From: Candidatus Hadarchaeales archaeon
GTDB taxonomy: Archaea; Hadarchaeota; Hadarchaeia; Hadarchaeales; Hadarchaeaceae
Direction of reading: 5' to 3'
NCBI GenBank assembly: GCA_038851565.1
Contig: JAWCKV010000016.1
Location: forward strand, 1 to 20,174
Length of the DNA: 20,174 bases
A model generated the notes under the pieces. That model saw only the letters and a list, made by a program, of their open reading frames with translations, was not told the DNA's origin and did no database searches. Shown one piece after another: positions 17,545 through 20,174 of this stretch (position 1 is the first letter of the stretch; every line of letters starts with the position of its first letter). A program made the translations under genes and the position numbers.

Positions 17545-18066
17545 ATGGAAGGGGAGTTCAGACACATAGTCAGAATAGCCGGGAAGGACCTCCCGGGCGA
17601 AAAGCGCGTACAGCTGGCCCTCACGGGCATCAGGGGGGTTGGGGTAGCTTACGCTAGGGCTGTCGCATATGCCGCCGGAATAGACCCGCACGTGAGGCTC
17701 GGAGATCTGAAGTCGGATCAGGTGGAGCTCCTCGAGAAGGTCCTGAAAAACCCGACACAGTACGGGATACCGAGCTGGATGGTGAACAGAAGAAAGGATT
17801 ACGACAGCGGCAAGGATCTCCACCTTGTTGGCACGGAAGTTGATCTGGCGATGAAGGTGGACATAGGCAGGGAGAGGCGGATAAGGAGCAGGAGAGGGAT
17901 CAGGCATGAACTAGGGCTTCCGGTGAGGGGGCAGAGAACAAGGACTACCGGAAGGAGGGGGCTAACGGTTGGAGTCATGAGGAAGGAGGTAAGAATCCAG
18001 ACTGAGCAGGCCGCCAAGGAGAAGAAAGAGGAGAAGAAGGAAGAAAAGAAGGAGGAGAATAAGTGA
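17545..18066 (+). CDS. rps13: 30S ribosomal protein S13 (uS13)
   Basis: [27 protein letters not shown] and [21 protein letters not shown] motifs. Confidence 0.98.
   Translation: MEGEFRHIVRIAGKDLPGEKRVQLALTGIRGVGVAYARAVAYAAGIDPHVRLGDLKSDQVELLEKVLKNPTQYGIPSWMVNRRKDYDSGKDLHLVGTEVDLAMKVDIGRERRIRSRRGIRHELGLPVRGQRTRTTGRRGLTVGVMRKEVRIQTEQAAKEKKEEKKEEKKEENK
18016..18059 (+). repeat. 44-nt pure purine tract, imperfect 12-nt repeat encoding (EKKE)n tail of S13
   Basis: AAGGAGAAGAAAGAGGAGAAGAAGGAAGAAAAGAAGGAGGAGAA, translating as [14 protein letters not shown]. Confidence 0.7.
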
Positions 18067-18602
18067 AGCGACAGAGAAAGAAGTACCTGAGGCCCTCACA
18101 TCCGTGGGAAAAGGAGAGGATGGATGCTGAGGACCAGCTTCTCCGAAAGTACGGGCTGAGACGGAAGAGGGAGATATGGAGAACCCAGACCATTCTCAGG
18201 AACTTCCGCAGGCAGGCCAGAGATCTGCTCGCGGCGGCCGGTCCGCAGGCTGAGCTCGAGACAAGGCAGCTGCTCTCGAGGCTGCAGAAGCTCGGTCTTG
18301 TTGGAGAAAACGCGACGCTGGACGATGTGCTCGGCCTGACTGTTGAAAAGCTGCTCGAAAGGCGCCTTCAGAGCGTGGTTCACCGTCTGGGCCTTGCCAG
18401 AACACAGAGAGAAGCCCGGCAGCTCATAGTCCACGGACACATAGCAATTGGAGGAAAGAGGGTCAACGTTCCTAGCTATCTGGTTCCGGTGGAGGAAGAG
18501 CCGCTGATCTCCTATGCAGAGGGCTCAAGTTTCAAAAAAGCACCAGCGGCGGCGGAGACAGCCGGAGTCCAGGGTGAGGCTGGGGGGGAGGGTGAGCAGT
18601 GA
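18063..18602 (+). CDS. rps4: 30S ribosomal protein S4 (uS4)
   Basis: [36 protein letters not shown] and PSYLV motifs; GTGA overlap with rps13. Confidence 0.98.
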   Translation: MKRQRKKYLRPSHPWEKERMDAEDQLLRKYGLRRKREIWRTQTILRNFRRQARDLLAAAGPQAELETRQLLSRLQKLGLVGENATLDDVLGLTVEKLLERRLQSVVHRLGLARTQREARQLIVHGHIAIGGKRVNVPSYLVPVEEEPLISYAEGSSFKKAPAAAETAGVQGEAGGEGEQ

Positions 18603-18991
18603 TGCCCGAGGAGAAATGGGGCGTGGCACACATATATTCATCCTTCAACAACACGATCATTCACATCACAGATCTCACTGGAGCAGAGACCGTGGCAAGG
18701 TGCTCTGGAGGGATGATAGTCAAGGCGGATAGGGAGGAATCCTCTCCGTATGCCGCCATGCAGGCTGCAATGAGAGCAGCCGTGGAGGCAATGGAAAAGG
18801 GGTTCGTTGGGGTTCACATAAAAGTAAGGGCCCCTGGCGGCAGCGGATCGAAAACGCCCGGCCCCGGCGCGCAGGCCGCGATAAGAGCTCTTGCCAGGGC
18901 AGGGCTGAGAATAGGCAGGATAGAGGACGTCACGCCAACGCCCACCGATGGATGCAGGAAGAAGGGAGGGAGAAGGGGCCGCAGGGTATAA
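18602..18991 (+). CDS. rps11: 30S ribosomal protein S11 (uS11)
   Basis: [39 protein letters not shown] and IEDVTP motifs. Confidence 0.98.
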   Translation: MPEEKWGVAHIYSSFNNTIIHITDLTGAETVARCSGGMIVKADREESSPYAAMQAAMRAAVEAMEKGFVGVHIKVRAPGGSGSKTPGPGAQAAIRALARAGLRIGRIEDVTPTPTDGCRKKGGRRGRRV

Positions 18992-19029
18992 GTAAGCAGG
19001 GCGCGGTTCTCTGGATGAGGGATGAACAC

Positions 19030-19818
19030 ATGAAGGTTGAGATCAGAAAAATCGAAGGGCATGAAATGGAGTTTGTTCTGGCAGAGTCCACCCCGGCCTT
19101 CGCGAATTCCATCCGTAGGGCCGCGATCTATGAGGTTCCGGTGATGGCGATAGATGAGGTGGAGTTCGCGGTCAACGACTCCGCGATGTACGATGAGATA
19201 ATCGCCCACAGGCTCGCAATGATACCGATAAAGACGCCGCTGAAGGGGTACAGGATGCCGGAAAAGTGCGGCTGTAAGGAGGGAAGGTGTCCGCAGTGCA
19301 GCGTTGAATTTAGGGTTAAGGCCGAGGGGCCAGCGACCGTCACGAGCGGGGACCTGAAGTCCTCAGACGAAGAGGTGATGCCGGTGAGCCCGAACATACC
19401 AATAGTCAAACTTGAGAAGGGACAGAGGCTGGAGTTCACAGCGATCGCCCGTCTCGGATTGGGCAAAAACCACGCAAAATGGCAGCCGGGTCTCGTGACA
19501 TACAAATACATGCCAGTCATAGAAATAGACCAGAAACTGTGCAACGCCTGCGGAGACTGCGTCAAGTCATGCCCCAGAGGGGTACTGGAGATCTCCGACG
19601 GAAAGCTGAGGGTCAAGAACATCGCCGAATGCACCATCTGCAGGAGCTGCGTGGAGGCCTGTACTTCTGGGGGAATAAAGGTCTCGGGCGATCAAAGCAA
19701 ATTCATATTTCGAGTAGAGTCCTCGGGTGCCCTTCCCCCGGATCAGATAATAGCGAGGGCAGCAAGGGCCCTGGAGGAGAAGTTTGAGGAACTTGCCGGG
19801 GCCGTAGACAAACTATAA
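19030..19818 (+). CDS. rpoD: DNA-directed RNA polymerase subunit D (Rpo3) with ferredoxin-like domain
   Basis: FANSIRR, EVPVMAIDEV, NDSAMYDEIIAHRLAMIP and HAKWQP motifs; CNACGDCVKSCP and CTICRSCVEAC cysteine motifs. Start is ATG 19030 (alternative 19015). Confidence 0.97.
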   Translation: MKVEIRKIEGHEMEFVLAESTPAFANSIRRAAIYEVPVMAIDEVEFAVNDSAMYDEIIAHRLAMIPIKTPLKGYRMPEKCGCKEGRCPQCSVEFRVKAEGPATVTSGDLKSSDEEVMPVSPNIPIVKLEKGQRLEFTAIARLGLGKNHAKWQPGLVTYKYMPVIEIDQKLCNACGDCVKSCPRGVLEISDGKLRVKNIAECTICRSCVEACTSGGIKVSGDQSKFIFRVESSGALPPDQIIARAARALEEKFEELAGAVDKL

Positions 19819-19838
19819 TCCCCCGGAGAGGGATCTTT
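19818..19838 (+). terminator. Possible weak terminator after rpoD
   Basis: Stem ATCCC-N7-GGGAT followed by CTTT directly after the stop, with a T-rich stretch at 19874-19891 further on. Confidence 0.25.
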
Positions 19839-19853
19839 GACATATTCCTCTGG

Positions 19854-19870
19854 GTTAACACCACGTTAAC
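19854..19870. promoter_or_regulatory. Palindromic operator candidate GTTAAC-N5-GTTAAC
   Basis: Both a perfect direct and an inverted repeat with an 11-bp period, located upstream of a BRE/TATA candidate. Confidence 0.5.
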
Positions 19871-19896
19871 GGATTTAGTAGTTTGAGTTTTACTGT

Positions 19897-19910
19897 GGAA
19901 AACCATTAAA
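19897..19910 (+). promoter_or_regulatory. BRE/TATA promoter candidate for the mnhE/mbhA-like gene
   Basis: GGAAAACCATTAAA resembles an archaeal BRE plus TATA box. Confidence 0.5.
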
Positions 19911-19920
19911 GAGGGCGCCA

Positions 19921-20174
19921 GTGATTACCAAACCGGGCGTGGCCGTGCGGACCGCGAGATTTCCAGTCACCTTTCTGTGCCTCTGGACGGCGTGGATCGC
20001 GTTCACCGCCTCGCTGGATGCACAGGAACTCCTGATCGGGGCCCTTGCCTCCCTTGCCATCTCAGCGTTTTCCTACAGGCTGCTTTTTCGCAGAGGGATC
20101 CTTGAGAAGCTTCAGCTTAGGAGGCTGGCATACCTGATAGCGTACATCCCGGCCTACGTTTGGGCAGAGATAAA
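19921..20174 (+). CDS. Na+/H+ antiporter subunit E family (MnhE/MrpE; MbhA/MbxA-like), 3' truncated; absent from the ORF track
   Basis: Translated by hand as ...ARFPVTFLCLWTAWIAFTASLDAQELLIGALASLAISAFSYRLLFRRGILEKLQLRRLAYLIAYIPAYVWAEIK. It matches the MnhE pattern (W..FT.SL...EL..G, Y....WE..KAN-like). Start may be GTG 19921, 19939 or 19945. Confidence 0.85.
   Translation, partial: MITKPGVAVRTARFPVTFLCLWTAWIAFTASLDAQELLIGALASLAISAFSYRLLFRRGILEKLQLRRLAYLIAYIPAYVWAEI

Noticed and set aside
18952..19029. Extended rpoD N-terminus
   Set aside because: It overlaps the end of rps11. Rpo3-like sequence begins at MKVEIRK (19030).

Overview
This window is an archaeal ribosomal-protein superoperon, entirely on the + strand. 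Gene order: 3' part of rtcB, a SPOUT-class (COG2106/MTH1-like) RNA methyltransferase, the S10/spc block (L3, L4, L23, L2, S19, L22, S3, L29, aIF1/SUI1, Rnp1, S17, L14, L24, S4e, L5, S14, S8, L6, L32e, L19e, L18, S5, L30, L15, SecY), a DUF106/EMC3-TMCO1 membrane insertase homologue, L34e, Cmk, L14e, Cbf5, tRNA-Ser(GGA), the alpha block (S13, S4, S11, RNAP subunit D with a ferredoxin-like domain), and the start of an MnhE/MbhA-like antiporter subunit. GC-rich sequence, many AGG/ATA codons, GGTGA-type SD motifs and a Methanothermobacter-like gene order suggest a euryarchaeal-type lineage (Hadarchaeota is a guess). It is mostly conserved housekeeping DNA with no mobile element, CRISPR or defence system. 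The departures from the canonical layout are: (1) adk is missing after secY, where a 19-codon coupled mini-ORF sits instead; (2) the DUF106 protein carries a signal peptide plus a ~100-aa extracytoplasmic domain; (3) aIF1/SUI1 appears to start at GTG with a competing out-of-frame ATG; (4) the alpha operon stops after rpoD and is followed by a palindromic operator candidate and an Mrp/Mbh-type gene. All family assignments come from recalled motifs and gene order, not database searches.
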